In this document: in pieces, positions 10,347 to 20,338 of the stretch
Layout of the letters: each line of letters begins with the position of its first letter
Numbering within the stretch: the first letter of the stretch is position 1
Source of the DNA: Gemmatimonadales bacterium
GTDB taxonomy: Bacteria > Gemmatimonadota > Gemmatimonadetes > Gemmatimonadales > GWC2-71-9
Assembly: GCA_044867445.1 (NCBI GenBank)
Contig: JBIOUY010000370.1
Location: 9,037 to 73,036, forward strand
Reading direction: 5' to 3'
Length of the DNA: 64,000 nucleotides
The notes under the pieces: model-generated
Seen by the model: the letters and a program-made list of their open reading frames with translations, nothing else
What the model was told of the DNA's origin: nothing
The model's database searches: none
Made by a program: the position numbers and the translations under genes

Positions 10347-10561
10347 GGACGCAAAGGACGCAAAGGACGCAGAGGACGCAGAGGACGGAAATGACGGAAA
10401 AGGCAGTCAACCTGGAGGCCGCCCCGCGGCCGGAAGAGCTTGCCCCGAGCGCAGCGAGGGGGGTCGGAGCACGGCGTGAGTGTCGGCCCCTTTCCCGCTT
10501 CGCGCTCCAGGATGACAGCAGGTCCTCTCCGTCTTCTCCGTCCTCTGCGTCCTCTCCGTCC
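10345..10561. repeat. Composite element: 9-mer array (RAGGACGCA) + palindrome 10406-10516 + inverted 9-mer array
   Basis: gaggacgca aaggacgca.. x6; GTCAACCTGGAG...CTCCAGGATGAC; tccgtcctc-type units at 10523-10561. Confidence 0.85.
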
Positions 10562-11323
10562 TGGTATCTCTGGATTGATCTCGACGGTCGGCCTGGCTTC
10601 GAAAACATGGCCATCGATCAGGCGCTGCTCGGGCGCGCGGGCCGCCACGGTGAGCGATGGCTGCGACTGTACCGCTGGCAACCTCACTGCCTCTCCTTCG
10701 GCCGGCATGAGCCCGCCGCCCGGCGATACGACCCCGCTCGGATCGCGCAACATGGCCTGGATGCCGTTCGCCGGCCTACCGGCGGTAGGGCGGTGTGGCA
10801 TGGTCGTGAGGTGACCTACGCGATTGCGGCGCCGGCGAGCGCCCTGGGCCAGCTCCGGCACGCCTACCTCGAAATCCATCGGATGCTCCGGCACGCATTG
10901 CGCGCACTCGGCGCCCCCGCCGAAATGGCGCCACCTCAACCACCGGCGAGATTGGATGCGGGCGCCTGCTTCGCGCAGCCGGTAGGTGGTGAAATCATGA
11001 TTGGCGGTAAGAAGATCGTGGGGAGCGCGCAGCTCCGGGAAGGCGAAGCCCTGCTCCAGCACGGCTCCATCCTGCTGCGCGACGATCAGGCGGTGGTTCA
11101 ATCCGTCGCTCGCGGAGCGACGACAGGCGAACCCATGTTACGCGCACCTGAATGGGTGGAGCTGGAGGACAGTGACCGTCAGATAGCAGAGGCCGTGGGC
11201 GACGCTGCCGCTGCCCGCTGGGGCGGAGTCTGGGAGCGGCAGCCACCGATCGAGTCGGTGCTGGAGCTAGCCACCACCCATGTGCCTCGGTTTCGATCGG
11301 ATGCCTGGACCTGGAGGCTGTAG
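10391..11323 (+). CDS. Lipoate-protein ligase / LipM-like octanoyltransferase
   Basis: NMAIDQALL, LRLYRW, VRRPTGGRAVWH, KIVGSAQ, LQHGSIL; next to gcvH/gcvP. Confidence 0.9.
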   Translation: MTEKAVNLEAAPRPEELAPSAARGVGARRECRPLSRFALQDDSRSSPSSPSSASSPSWYLWIDLDGRPGFENMAIDQALLGRAGRHGERWLRLYRWQPHCLSFGRHEPAARRYDPARIAQHGLDAVRRPTGGRAVWHGREVTYAIAAPASALGQLRHAYLEIHRMLRHALRALGAPAEMAPPQPPARLDAGACFAQPVGGEIMIGGKKIVGSAQLREGEALLQHGSILLRDDQAVVQSVARGATTGEPMLRAPEWVELEDSDRQIAEAVGDAAAARWGGVWERQPPIESVLELATTHVPRFRSDAWTWRL

Positions 11324-11420
11324 AGTTTCTCCTGTTCCACGCCGCCGCCCTCCCCTACTACATTCTCTGCATCCCTGCCGAATCGACTCCGGAGTCTCTG
11401 TGACGCACTGGACGCCACGG

Positions 11421-13076
11421 ATGGTGCCCTCGCCCCTGCTCGGCGCTCGCCTCGCCGCCACTGTGTTCGCTATGGGCTCCCAGTCGTTCGCCGTTGGTCA
11501 GTCTCCGAGCGTTCAGAACAGCATTGTGATCGTCACCGGGCAGGAAGCACCCATGCCCATTCCCACACTGATGGAGGGTGCTCAAGCCAACGTCGCCAAC
11601 TTCGAGATTGCCGACCAGCTGTTCCTGCGTCTCGCGGGACTGGGAGCAGATCTGACGACGGGAGGAGACCGGGGATTCGTCCCGCTGCTCGCGCGCCGGT
11701 GGACCCGCCGGGACTCGGTCACCCTCGCCTTCGAGCTGGATCCGAGAGCCCGTTGGCACGACGGTACACCGGTGACAGCCAAGGATGTCCTCTTCACCTT
11801 CGAGCGAGCGCGGGATATTCAGATCGCGCCGCGAACCGCCAATCTCCTACGTCAAGTCGTGGCCGTTACGGCAGAGGGTGACCGCCAGGTCGTCTTTCGG
11901 TTTTCGCGTCCATATGCCGAGCAGCTTTACGACGCAACCTTTCACGTGGCGATCTTGCCAGCCCATCTCCTGGCATCGATCCCGGCCGCCGAGCTCGCTC
12001 GTTCAGAGTTCGTGCGGCACCCGATCGGGAGCGGTCCCTATCGCTGGGTCCGAAGTGTCCCTGGTCAGTTCATCGAGTTGGTCGCCAATGATGATTTCTT
12101 TTTGGGACGACCCAAGATCCAGCGAGTGATCGTGCGGGTGGCGAGTGATCCCAACGCCCGGATCAACCTGATGCTGGGCGGCGAGGCCGACGCCATGGAC
12201 AACATTCCGCCCCCGCTCGCCAATATTCAGCGGCTCGCGGCTCGGCCGGAGCTGCGGCTGGTGCCGGTCCCGTCGCCGGCGCTGGGCTATCTCCTGTTCA
12301 ATCAGCGTCAGCCGGGCGACAGCAGTCGGGCGCACCCGATTCTGGCCGACCGTGATATCCGGCGCGCGATCGGGCTTGCGCTGGATCGCGGGCTCTTGAT
12401 TCGCGTGGTCTTCGGGAATTACGCTGAGGTGCCCTTCGGTCCCACCTCACCACTGCTCTGGATTCGCCATGGGGCCCCGCCGCCTTTGACGCAGAACCAG
12501 ACCCAGGCGCGGCATCTGCTCGCGGCGCACGGGTGGAGCGATCACGACGGCGACGGCGTGCTCGACCGAGAAGGGAAGCCTCTCAGTCTCAAGCTCAACT
12601 TTCCCAATACCAGCGCGATCCGTCGCCAGATGAGCCTGCTAATCCAGGAGCAGCTTCGCTCCATCGGGATCCGCGTCGAGCTGCAGGAGCTCGAGGCCCC
12701 CGTGTGGGTCGAACGCCGAAGGTCCGGCAACTTCGACATCGACTTTTCCGCCGCCAGTCTGGATCCCTCGCCGTCGGGCCTCACCCAGAGCTGGTCGTGT
12801 GCCGGGGGCAACAACGTCGCCCACTACTGCGATCCGGTCGTGGACTCGCTGCTCGACCAGGCTATCCTGGGCCGCGGCGAGCTGCGCGCAGCATGGCACG
12901 CAGTGCTCCGCCGAATCGAGGAGGATGCGCCGGCCGCCTTCCTGTACGCACCGACCTACGTCTACGCCGTCAATCGCCGGTTCCGGGACGTTGTCATTCG
13001 GCCGGAATCATCCTGGCTGGACCTTTGGCGCTGGTCGGTGGGCCGTCCAGCGGGTTCGCGCGAGACGGGATACTAA
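11421..13076 (+). CDS. Peptide ABC transporter substrate-binding protein (family 5)
   Basis: ARWHDGTPVTAKDVLFTF, PIGSGPY, DHDGDGVLDREG; start uncertain. Confidence 0.9.
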   Translation: MVPSPLLGARLAATVFAMGSQSFAVGQSPSVQNSIVIVTGQEAPMPIPTLMEGAQANVANFEIADQLFLRLAGLGADLTTGGDRGFVPLLARRWTRRDSVTLAFELDPRARWHDGTPVTAKDVLFTFERARDIQIAPRTANLLRQVVAVTAEGDRQVVFRFSRPYAEQLYDATFHVAILPAHLLASIPAAELARSEFVRHPIGSGPYRWVRSVPGQFIELVANDDFFLGRPKIQRVIVRVASDPNARINLMLGGEADAMDNIPPPLANIQRLAARPELRLVPVPSPALGYLLFNQRQPGDSSRAHPILADRDIRRAIGLALDRGLLIRVVFGNYAEVPFGPTSPLLWIRHGAPPPLTQNQTQARHLLAAHGWSDHDGDGVLDREGKPLSLKLNFPNTSAIRRQMSLLIQEQLRSIGIRVELQELEAPVWVERRRSGNFDIDFSAASLDPSPSGLTQSWSCAGGNNVAHYCDPVVDSLLDQAILGRGELRAAWHAVLRRIEEDAPAAFLYAPTYVYAVNRRFRDVVIRPESSWLDLWRWSVGRPAGSRETGY

Positions 13077-13077
13077 G

Positions 13078-14049
13078 GTGGTCCGCTGGTTGATTCGGCG
13101 GAGTGCCCAAGCCGGGGTCACCCTCGCCGTCGCTGTGATGTTGATGTTCGTGCTGATGCGGGCCGCCCCGGGTGATCCCCTGTCGCGTCTCAGCGGCGAC
13201 CGTCCGTTGTCTTCCAGGGAGATGGCCGTTCTCCGCGCCCGTTATGGTTTGGATCAGCCGCTCCTGGAACAGTTGGGTGCATTTCTGAAGGGACTGCTGC
13301 GCGGAGACCTCGGCGCATCCATCGAATACGGCCGCCCGGTCACCCAGCTTCTTGCCGAGCGGCTGCCCGCGAGTCTCCTGCTCGGCGGCGCCGTCCTCCT
13401 GGTCAACTTCTCCGTGGGCCTATGGCTCGGAAGCAGGCAAGCCCTACGACGAGGGAGCGCGGAAGACCGGTGGCTCACGGTGCTGTCGCTGATCGGCTTC
13501 GCCACGCCATCCTTCTGGCTCGGACTGGTATTGGCCTGGCTACTAGGCGTGCACTGGCGGCTGCTCCCGCCTGCGGGCATGCACAGCCCCCTGTTGGATC
13601 CCACCTCCGGGCCGCTGGCCAACGCGACAGATTTGCTGCGACATCTGATCTTACCGGCTTTGACGCTCTCCCTGGTGAGTATCGCGGCGACTATGCGATA
13701 CCAGCGGGGGGCCATGCTCGAGGCCCTCCGCTTTCCCTATATAGTGACGGCTCGGGCGAAGGGGCTCTCCGACTCGCGGGTGATCTGGAAGCACGCCTGG
13801 CGCAACGCGATTTTCCCGGTGATTACCCTCTTCGGATTGTGGCTTCCTATCCTGGTGGCGGGCTCGGTGTTTGTTGAGTCGGTCTTCGCTTGGCCGGGGC
13901 TGGGATCACTCGCGGCCGCCGCGGTTGGCAATCGGGACTACCCGCTTCTGATGGGCGCGTCGATGCTTGCCTCCGGCCTGGTGGTTCTGGGTAGCCTGCT
14001 CACCGATCTGGCATACGCGTTCCTCGATCCCCGAGTGCGTCTGTCGTGA
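13078..14049 (+). CDS. Peptide ABC transporter permease (DppB/OppB-like)
   Basis: APGDP, GDLGAS, TARAKGL, FVESVFAWPGLG, LDPR. Confidence 0.92.
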   Translation: MVRWLIRRSAQAGVTLAVAVMLMFVLMRAAPGDPLSRLSGDRPLSSREMAVLRARYGLDQPLLEQLGAFLKGLLRGDLGASIEYGRPVTQLLAERLPASLLLGGAVLLVNFSVGLWLGSRQALRRGSAEDRWLTVLSLIGFATPSFWLGLVLAWLLGVHWRLLPPAGMHSPLLDPTSGPLANATDLLRHLILPALTLSLVSIAATMRYQRGAMLEALRFPYIVTARAKGLSDSRVIWKHAWRNAIFPVITLFGLWLPILVAGSVFVESVFAWPGLGSLAAAAVGNRDYPLLMGASMLASGLVVLGSLLTDLAYAFLDPRVRLS

Positions 14050-14888
14050 CGCCGGCGATCGACACGCTGCGCCGAGCCTGGCAGAATCCTCGGGGGCGGA
14101 CCGGCGCGCTGGTGCTGGCAGGAGTCGCTCTGGCGGCGCTGCTGGCTCCTCCCCTGCTCCCCGATCCCCTGGCCCAGCCCGATTTGCTGACCGGGGTCAA
14201 CCTGCCACCCGGCCTCGGCCATCCCTTCGGCACCGATCAGTTGAGCCGAGATGTCTTTGCCCGAGTGGTGACTGGGGCCCGGGTGTCATTGGCGGTATCG
14301 GTGCTCGCGATGGGCTTGTCGATCACACTTGGCGCTGCAATCGGCTTGATAGCCGGATATTGGGGAGGGGCGACGGACATCGTCCTGATGCGTCTGGTCG
14401 ACGGCGCGCTGGCGGTGCCGCGCCTGTTTCTGCTCTTATTGGTGCTTGCTGTCTGGGAACGGGTTCCGATTGGTGTGCTCATTCTTCTGATCGGAACCAC
14501 CGGCTGGTTCGCGACCAGTCGACTGGTCCGCGGCGAGGTCCTCAGGCTACGGGAAGAGGCGTACATCAACGCCGCGGAGGCGCTGGGGGCACCTCGGCGC
14601 CGGATTATCTTACGCCACCTGCTGCCGAACACCCTGGGCCTGCTGCTGGTCGCAGCTACTCTTGGCGTCGGCGAAGTGATCCTGCTCGAGGCCGGACTCT
14701 CCTTCCTGGGCCTCGGCGTTCAACCACCCACGCCGTCGTGGGGCGGCATGATCCTGGATGCCAAAGAAGTCCTGGTGACCGCACCCTGGGTCGGCGTGTT
14801 TCCCGGCCTCGCCATCGTGATCACGGTCCTCTCTGCCGATCTCCTGGGCGACGCGCTTCGAGATTCCATCGATATGTGGCGAGCATGA
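14046..14888 (+). CDS. Peptide ABC transporter permease (DppC/OppC-like)
   Basis: HPFGTDQLSRD, EAGLSFLGLG, PSWG, LGDALRD. Confidence 0.92.
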   Translation: MTPAIDTLRRAWQNPRGRTGALVLAGVALAALLAPPLLPDPLAQPDLLTGVNLPPGLGHPFGTDQLSRDVFARVVTGARVSLAVSVLAMGLSITLGAAIGLIAGYWGGATDIVLMRLVDGALAVPRLFLLLLVLAVWERVPIGVLILLIGTTGWFATSRLVRGEVLRLREEAYINAAEALGAPRRRIILRHLLPNTLGLLLVAATLGVGEVILLEAGLSFLGLGVQPPTPSWGGMILDAKEVLVTAPWVGVFPGLAIVITVLSADLLGDALRDSIDMWRA

Positions 14889-15862
14889 GCGCGGTCCTCC
14901 AAGTCGAGAACCTCCGGGTCTCCTTCCCGGACCACGAGCGCCGCCGATTCTATCCCGTGGATGGAGTGAGCTTCACGCTCGAGCGGGGCCGAACCCTGGC
15001 CCTCGTCGGTGAGTCAGGCTGCGGGAAGAGTCTCACCAGCCTCGCCCTGCTTCGCCTGGTTCCGGCCCCGGGCCGCATCGAGCCGGGCAGCAGCATTCGT
15101 CTGGGGGACACCGACGTTCTCTCACTCGAAGGCGACGCGCTCCGGCACATCCGTGGTCGTCGAATCGGCATGATCTTTCAGGATCCGATGACCAGTCTCA
15201 ATCCCGTGTTCACGGTGGGTGACCAGATCGCGGAGGGCGTGCGGGCCCACTTCGAGGTCTCTCGCGCGGAGGCGCGGAAGCGGGCATTGCGGCTCCTGCA
15301 AGAAGTGGGAATTCCCGACCCGGCCGAACGCCTGCGGGCTTATCCCCATCAGCTGAGCGGCGGCATGCGCCAGCGAGTGATGATCGCTATCGCGCTCAGT
15401 GCTGAACCTGAGATCCTGGTCGCGGACGAGCCCACCACTGCCTTGGATGTCACTGTGCAGGCCCAGATTCTCGAGGTGCTCGATCATCTTCGAGCCACCC
15501 GTGGTATGGCGGTCCTGCTCATCACCCACGACCTCGGGATTGTCGCCGGCCGGGCGGACCGGGTAGCGGTAATGTATGCCGGCCAGATCGTGGAGCAGGC
15601 GCCCACCGCTCGACTCTTCGCCAACCCCTCACATCCGTATACGCAGGGCCTGTTCGCGTCGGTGCCCCGCATTACCGGCCCGGTCGGCCGGCTCACGCCG
15701 ATCGGAGGCAGTGTGCCGCCGCCAACTGCCTGGCCCGAGGGCTGTCGCTTCCGTCCCCGCTGCCCCAAGGCCTTCGAGAAGAGCGAGCTTCCGCCGCCTC
15801 TGCTGCCGGTGGGACAGGATCACGAGATGCGTTGCTGGCTGGCGGAGGATGGGCGCGGATGA
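14885..15862 (+). CDS. Peptide ABC transporter ATP-binding protein (DppD/OppD-like)
   Basis: [36 protein letters not shown]. Confidence 0.95.
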   Translation: MSAVLQVENLRVSFPDHERRRFYPVDGVSFTLERGRTLALVGESGCGKSLTSLALLRLVPAPGRIEPGSSIRLGDTDVLSLEGDALRHIRGRRIGMIFQDPMTSLNPVFTVGDQIAEGVRAHFEVSRAEARKRALRLLQEVGIPDPAERLRAYPHQLSGGMRQRVMIAIALSAEPEILVADEPTTALDVTVQAQILEVLDHLRATRGMAVLLITHDLGIVAGRADRVAVMYAGQIVEQAPTARLFANPSHPYTQGLFASVPRITGPVGRLTPIGGSVPPPTAWPEGCRFRPRCPKAFEKSELPPPLLPVGQDHEMRCWLAEDGRG

Positions 15863-16887
15863 GCGCGCCGGGGGCGAAGGTTGCGACGGCGTCGCGCTTG
15901 CTGGAGGTGCGGGACCTCGTCAAGCACTATCATGCCGGTGGCCTGTTCCGGGGCGCATCGCCACCCGTACGAGCAGTCGAGGGTGTCTCGTTCGAGGTAC
16001 GCCAGGCCGAGACCCTCGCGCTGGTGGGCGAATCGGGATGCGGCAAGTCATCGGTGGGACGGACTATTCTGCGGCTCCAGGAGCCTACCAGTGGCAGCGC
16101 GATATTCGAGGGCGTTGATGTCTTCTCTCTGGAGCGCCGCGCCCTGCGACAGCTCCGCCGACGGATGCAGATCATCTTTCAGGATCCCTACAGCTCGCTC
16201 AACCCGCGCATGTCCATCGGCACTGCCGTGGCTGAGGGAATCGAGATTCACAAGCTGGCTCGCGGCGCCGAGGTGCGCCGCCGAGTCGCCTCACTGCTGG
16301 AGGAAGTGGGCCTCGATCCGGGATACGCGCGGCGTTATCCTCACGAATTCTCCGGGGGGCAACGACAGCGAATCGGGATTGCCCGCGCCCTCGCGGTGCA
16401 ACCTTCGTTCATTGTGTGCGATGAGCCGGTGTCCGCGCTGGACGTCTCGGTCCAGGCGCAGGTGCTCAACCTGCTCGCCGATCTCCAGCGCGAACGGGGT
16501 CTCTCCTACCTCTTCATCGCACATGATCTCGCGGTGGTGCGGCAGATCGCGCACCGGGTCGCGGTGATGTACCTGGGACGCATTGTGGAGGAGGGAGCGA
16601 CCGAAGCCCTGCTGGCCAGTCCTCGCCACCCTTATACCGTCGCTCTCCTGTCCGCTGTTCCCGAGCCTGATCCGGCTCGGCAACGGTCGCGCATTGTGCT
16701 GAGCGGCGATCTGCCCAGCCCATCGAATCCACCCTCGGGGTGTCCCTTTCACACCCGCTGCTTCCATCCGCTGCGGAACGACCGCTGCCGTATCGAGCGG
16801 CCCCTGCTTCGGCAGGTGGGCGCCACGGCCGCCGCCTGCCACTATGCGGAGAGCACCCCCGCCCCTGAGATGTTGGCCAGCGCCTGA
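15859..16887 (+). CDS. Peptide ABC transporter ATP-binding protein (DppF/OppF-like)
   Basis: [32 protein letters not shown]. Confidence 0.95.
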   Translation: MSAPGAKVATASRLLEVRDLVKHYHAGGLFRGASPPVRAVEGVSFEVRQAETLALVGESGCGKSSVGRTILRLQEPTSGSAIFEGVDVFSLERRALRQLRRRMQIIFQDPYSSLNPRMSIGTAVAEGIEIHKLARGAEVRRRVASLLEEVGLDPGYARRYPHEFSGGQRQRIGIARALAVQPSFIVCDEPVSALDVSVQAQVLNLLADLQRERGLSYLFIAHDLAVVRQIAHRVAVMYLGRIVEEGATEALLASPRHPYTVALLSAVPEPDPARQRSRIVLSGDLPSPSNPPSGCPFHTRCFHPLRNDRCRIERPLLRQVGATAAACHYAESTPAPEMLASA

Positions 16888-17135
16888 CAAAACATCGCCC
16901 CCCTGGGGCGGCGTTCCGACGGTTCCCCGGCCTGGAGCGCGGGCTGCTCGAAGCGCTCCCGGGACTGGTCGCGTTCAGCGCCAGCAGATTGGTCTGCTGC
17001 ACGCTCGGGGAGTTGAGTGCTAAGCCGACGGCCCCACCGAGCCTCGGGCGTGGTTCTCGTCCTGCCGTAGGATTCTGCCGCACCCGAGCTTACGTTGTTC
17101 AGCACCCTGTTCTGCTCTCGAATCTTCCGGGACTC

Positions 17136-17852
17136 ATGGAACCGCCGGCGACGACCGACGCTGACCTCCTACTTGCTGCCAACCGGGCGGATACCCTCGA
17201 GACGGTCCTTCGATGGCTGCTGCACGACGTACGGACCCCGGCTCAAGTGTTGACCCTGCTGCCTCAGCTTCTGACCAGCGAATTCGGTCAGGCCTCGGAC
17301 TGGCAAGACGCGGTGCGGGACGCCTGCACGCAGCTGAGCTGTGATCTCCGCCTCCTCGACCGAGTACTTCTCCGTCCCAAAGAACGTCGCACAGCCCAGC
17401 CCGTGGATCTCGGCGCGGCGCTCAGGTTTGTGAGTGAGGTGTTTGCCGCTAGACGGTCGCAATTCCTGACTGATATCACCACGGCTGCCGATTTGGCCCT
17501 CCCACCGGTATGCGCGGTCCCAGAAGATCTCGAGAATGCGTTGATCAATCTCGTCCTGAACGCGGCAGAGGCCGGTGACAACGATGAGGGGTACGTTCGC
17601 TTTCGAGGCGCGGTCGATCGCGCAAACGTCCTGCTGTACCTGGAGGACGACGGGCCCGGCATGCCGGCGAGCATCCGAGAGCGCCTGTTCCAGCCCTTTC
17701 TCACGACGAAGCCCAACCGACGAGGCTTGGGACTCTATGCTGCCCGCACCTTGATCTCTCGCTCTGGCGGCGAAATAGCCTGCGAGGCCAGCGAGCCCCA
17801 AGGAACTCGCTTTGTGCTCCGGCTGCCCATCTGGCGTTTGCGGTCATCCTAA
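17136..17852 (+). CDS. Short cytoplasmic histidine kinase without sensor domain
   Basis: H-box LHDVRTP, N-box NLVLNA, DDGPG, FLTTK, GLGL. Confidence 0.85.
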   Translation: MEPPATTDADLLLAANRADTLETVLRWLLHDVRTPAQVLTLLPQLLTSEFGQASDWQDAVRDACTQLSCDLRLLDRVLLRPKERRTAQPVDLGAALRFVSEVFAARRSQFLTDITTAADLALPPVCAVPEDLENALINLVLNAAEAGDNDEGYVRFRGAVDRANVLLYLEDDGPGMPASIRERLFQPFLTTKPNRRGLGLYAARTLISRSGGEIACEASEPQGTRFVLRLPIWRLRSS

Positions 17853-18374
17853 GAAGACTTGCTGCACCAACGCTGCGCGGGTCTCGATCGCTCGGTCGAG
17901 CACGCCCTGCTGGTCGGCAAGCTTCCGTACCAACGAGAGCGCCTCCCGGCGAACCCCATCGCTTAACGCCCTGATCGCCATCGAGTCTTCCCGACTCCAG
18001 CACGGCACCCCGCTCTCGCCCTGGCCCGATCCCGCCAGGCTCGCCAGCATCAGCTTCTTGCGTCCTACCTCCCGAAGGGTGAGCACGGTGCGCTCGAGTG
18101 CCTGGATGCTGTCTGCCAAGCCGCTGAGGGCTGGGTCGTCGAGCGCGGCGCTCTGTTGCGCCAAGCAACGATGAACCAGTTCCAGCGAAAGGCACTCCTC
18201 GGCAAGGGCGACCCCCAACTTGCCGGACCATCCTGGGACTCCAGAGCATTCTGGGGATGCCACTGGGGTTTGGAGCAAGCCGTGCACTGCTTCCAGAGCG
18301 ACCCGGTTAATTGAGTGGGCCCGTCGAATCGCGTCTCGCGTTGAGGATTGAGGACCCGCCTTCGGCTCAGTCAT
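17844..18374 (-). CDS. Helical protein, FlgN-like chaperone candidate
   Basis: Coupled to the fliA stop; LAEE..L..QQSAAL..D..LADSI.A..R..LTL.E..RK pattern resembles FlgN. Confidence 0.45.
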   Translation of the reverse strand: MTEPKAGPQSSTRDAIRRAHSINRVALEAVHGLLQTPVASPECSGVPGWSGKLGVALAEECLSLELVHRCLAQQSAALDDPALSGLADSIQALERTVLTLREVGRKKLMLASLAGSGQGESGVPCWSREDSMAIRALSDGVRREALSLVRKLADQQGVLDRAIETRAALVQQVFLG

Positions 18375-19146
18375 CCGGCGACCCAGCGAGGGCCGCCTTC
18401 AGCCGCTTCATTGCCCTGCTCCGAATCTGGCAGACCCGGGACTCGGTCACGGCCAGCATCACACCGATCTCCCTCAGGGTAAGTTCTTCGTAGTAGCAGA
18501 GTGCCACGACCATTCTCTCTCGCTTCGGGAGACGGGAAACCGCCACTCGCAGTCGGTCCACCCGCTCTTGCTCGACCAACCGTTGATCCGGCGCTACGGT
18601 TGCCGCTTTGGCCTCAACCATTTCCAGGTCGGCCTCCTCGAAGGGCGTGAACCCACTACCAGAGATCTCGACTTTCTCACTGAAGCCAATCGCATCACAC
18701 CATTCCCAGTACACCTCGAGCTCGATGCCGAGCGCGTGAGCTATTTCCCCGGGAGTCGGAGCGCGCCCGAGTTTCCCTTCCAGCTCCGCCCGAGCAGCAA
18801 GCAGCCGGCGGCGCTTCGCCCGCAGGGACCTCGGCCTCCAGTCATTTCGCCTAAGATCATCCAGAATGGCGCCCCGAATTCGCTGGACCGCATACGTGCT
18901 GAAGGCCAGGCCTCGGGAAGGATCGAACGTGTCGAGAGCGCGGAGCAGTCCCATGGTCCCTGCGCTTACCAAATCTCCCACCCCAAGGGTTGGGGTCCGG
19001 CGATGCATCTCTCGAGCGACATGGTGGACCAGACCCAGGTACTGCTTCAGCAGCAGCTCCCTTGCCTCCGCATCGCGGGTGGTCTTATACCGCGCCCAAA
19101 GACTGGAGCAGGACGCACGAGACAGCCGGCCGACGCCTGAAGTCAC
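18367..19146 (-). CDS. fliA: FliA/WhiG family sigma factor (sigma28)
   Basis: FDPSRGLAFSTYAVQRIRGAILDDLRRNDW, YYEELTLREIG..VTESRVCQI. Confidence 0.93.
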   Translation of the reverse strand: MTSGVGRLSRASCSSLWARYKTTRDAEARELLLKQYLGLVHHVAREMHRRTPTLGVGDLVSAGTMGLLRALDTFDPSRGLAFSTYAVQRIRGAILDDLRRNDWRPRSLRAKRRRLLAARAELEGKLGRAPTPGEIAHALGIELEVYWEWCDAIGFSEKVEISGSGFTPFEEADLEMVEAKAATVAPDQRLVEQERVDRLRVAVSRLPKRERMVVALCYYEELTLREIGVMLAVTESRVCQIRSRAMKRLKAALAGSPDD

Positions 19147-19985
19147 GAGACTCTCCTGGCCATTTCCTGGGAGACATAGGGGTAGGCAACCATCAGACTC
19201 CGGAGCCGCAGTCCCGCCCGGGTATGCGAGACCGCATCGCGAAGCTGTTCCGCACTACGCACCGACGCTTGCAATGCCGGATCCTCCGGCAGCGCGCCAA
19301 GCCAACCAATCGGGTGGTACAGAAACTGACGGCAGGCACGTTCGAGCCGTTGGAATGCCGCCATACCCTCGGCATCGTCCATCGTTCGGTTGAGCAGAAT
19401 GTCAATCGGAAGCCCGGTACTCTGAGCTGTGATTACCTTGAGCAGCGCGTACGCATCTGTCAGCGCTGTAGGCTCCGAGGTCGTGACCAGGAGCATCCGC
19501 GATGCGCCGAGGGTCGAAACCCGCACGACGCTCTCGATCCCAGCACCCGCGTCTACGATCACGGCATCGAATCGCAGATACAGCTCGCTGAGCCGGCGTT
19601 GGAGCCGGGCACGCTCGGTTGCTTGGAGGGAGTACACCGACTCGGTATCCGGGTCCCCTGGTAGAAGCCACAGGTTATCTCCCACCTGCCGCAGGAGAGA
19701 CTCGGGCGAGATGTCCCCAGAGAGAATCGCTTCGGTCTGGACCACCGGTTTCATGCCCAGGAGCACGTGCAGATTCGGCAAATTCTGGTCGGCATCACAG
19801 AGGAGCACGCGCCGGCCGTGCAGTGCCATGGACTCCGCCAGCAAGATGCTGACCAACGACTTGCCTACTCCTCCCTTGCCGCTGCCGATCACGAACGTCA
19901 CCGGTGCCGAACCCTTGGCGTGCGGCGGCCGGTCTACTGATTCGGAGGACGTCTCGGTGTCCCGCGGGCCCTCGGCTGCGTTCAT
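19143..19985 (-). CDS. flhG: MinD-like ATPase FlhG/FleN
   Basis: SGKGGVGKS, DADQNLPNLHVLLG, DAGAGI, EPTALTDAYALLK; directly upstream of fliA. Confidence 0.85.
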   Translation of the reverse strand: MNAAEGPRDTETSSESVDRPPHAKGSAPVTFVIGSGKGGVGKSLVSILLAESMALHGRRVLLCDADQNLPNLHVLLGMKPVVQTEAILSGDISPESLLRQVGDNLWLLPGDPDTESVYSLQATERARLQRRLSELYLRFDAVIVDAGAGIESVVRVSTLGASRMLLVTTSEPTALTDAYALLKVITAQSTGLPIDILLNRTMDDAEGMAAFQRLERACRQFLYHPIGWLGALPEDPALQASVRSAEQLRDAVSHTRAGLRLRSLMVAYPYVSQEMARRVS

Positions 19986-20338
19986 CGAGATTCGACCTTT
20001 CCCAATCAGTGCCGCTGTGCGGTTGGCTCCACGAAGTGCGGAGCGTCCAGGGAAGACGGAGTTCCCTAAGGCAACCGGTATGCCAACGAGCATCTCAGTT
20101 CACCGGTTGGCTCGGGCTGCTCAGCACCAGTACGCATGTGTCGCTGCTCTCGGCATTTGGGAGCCGAGGACTGAGACCGATGGCTGTGTCGGCCAGGTCC
20201 GGTGCAGGCGGGATCCCGGTGGGGCGGCTGAAGCGATCGGAAGAGCTTACCGGGATGTCGGTCGAAATTGCCGGGTACTCGCGAGAGCTCGGCGCACCGC
20301 AGTTGACGCGCGCCAACGCGCGTCAACCACGGCGTACA

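Noticed and set aside
19986-20338. Small ORFs between the HD-GYP gene and flhG
   Set aside because: No recognisable motif or RBS; left uncalled.
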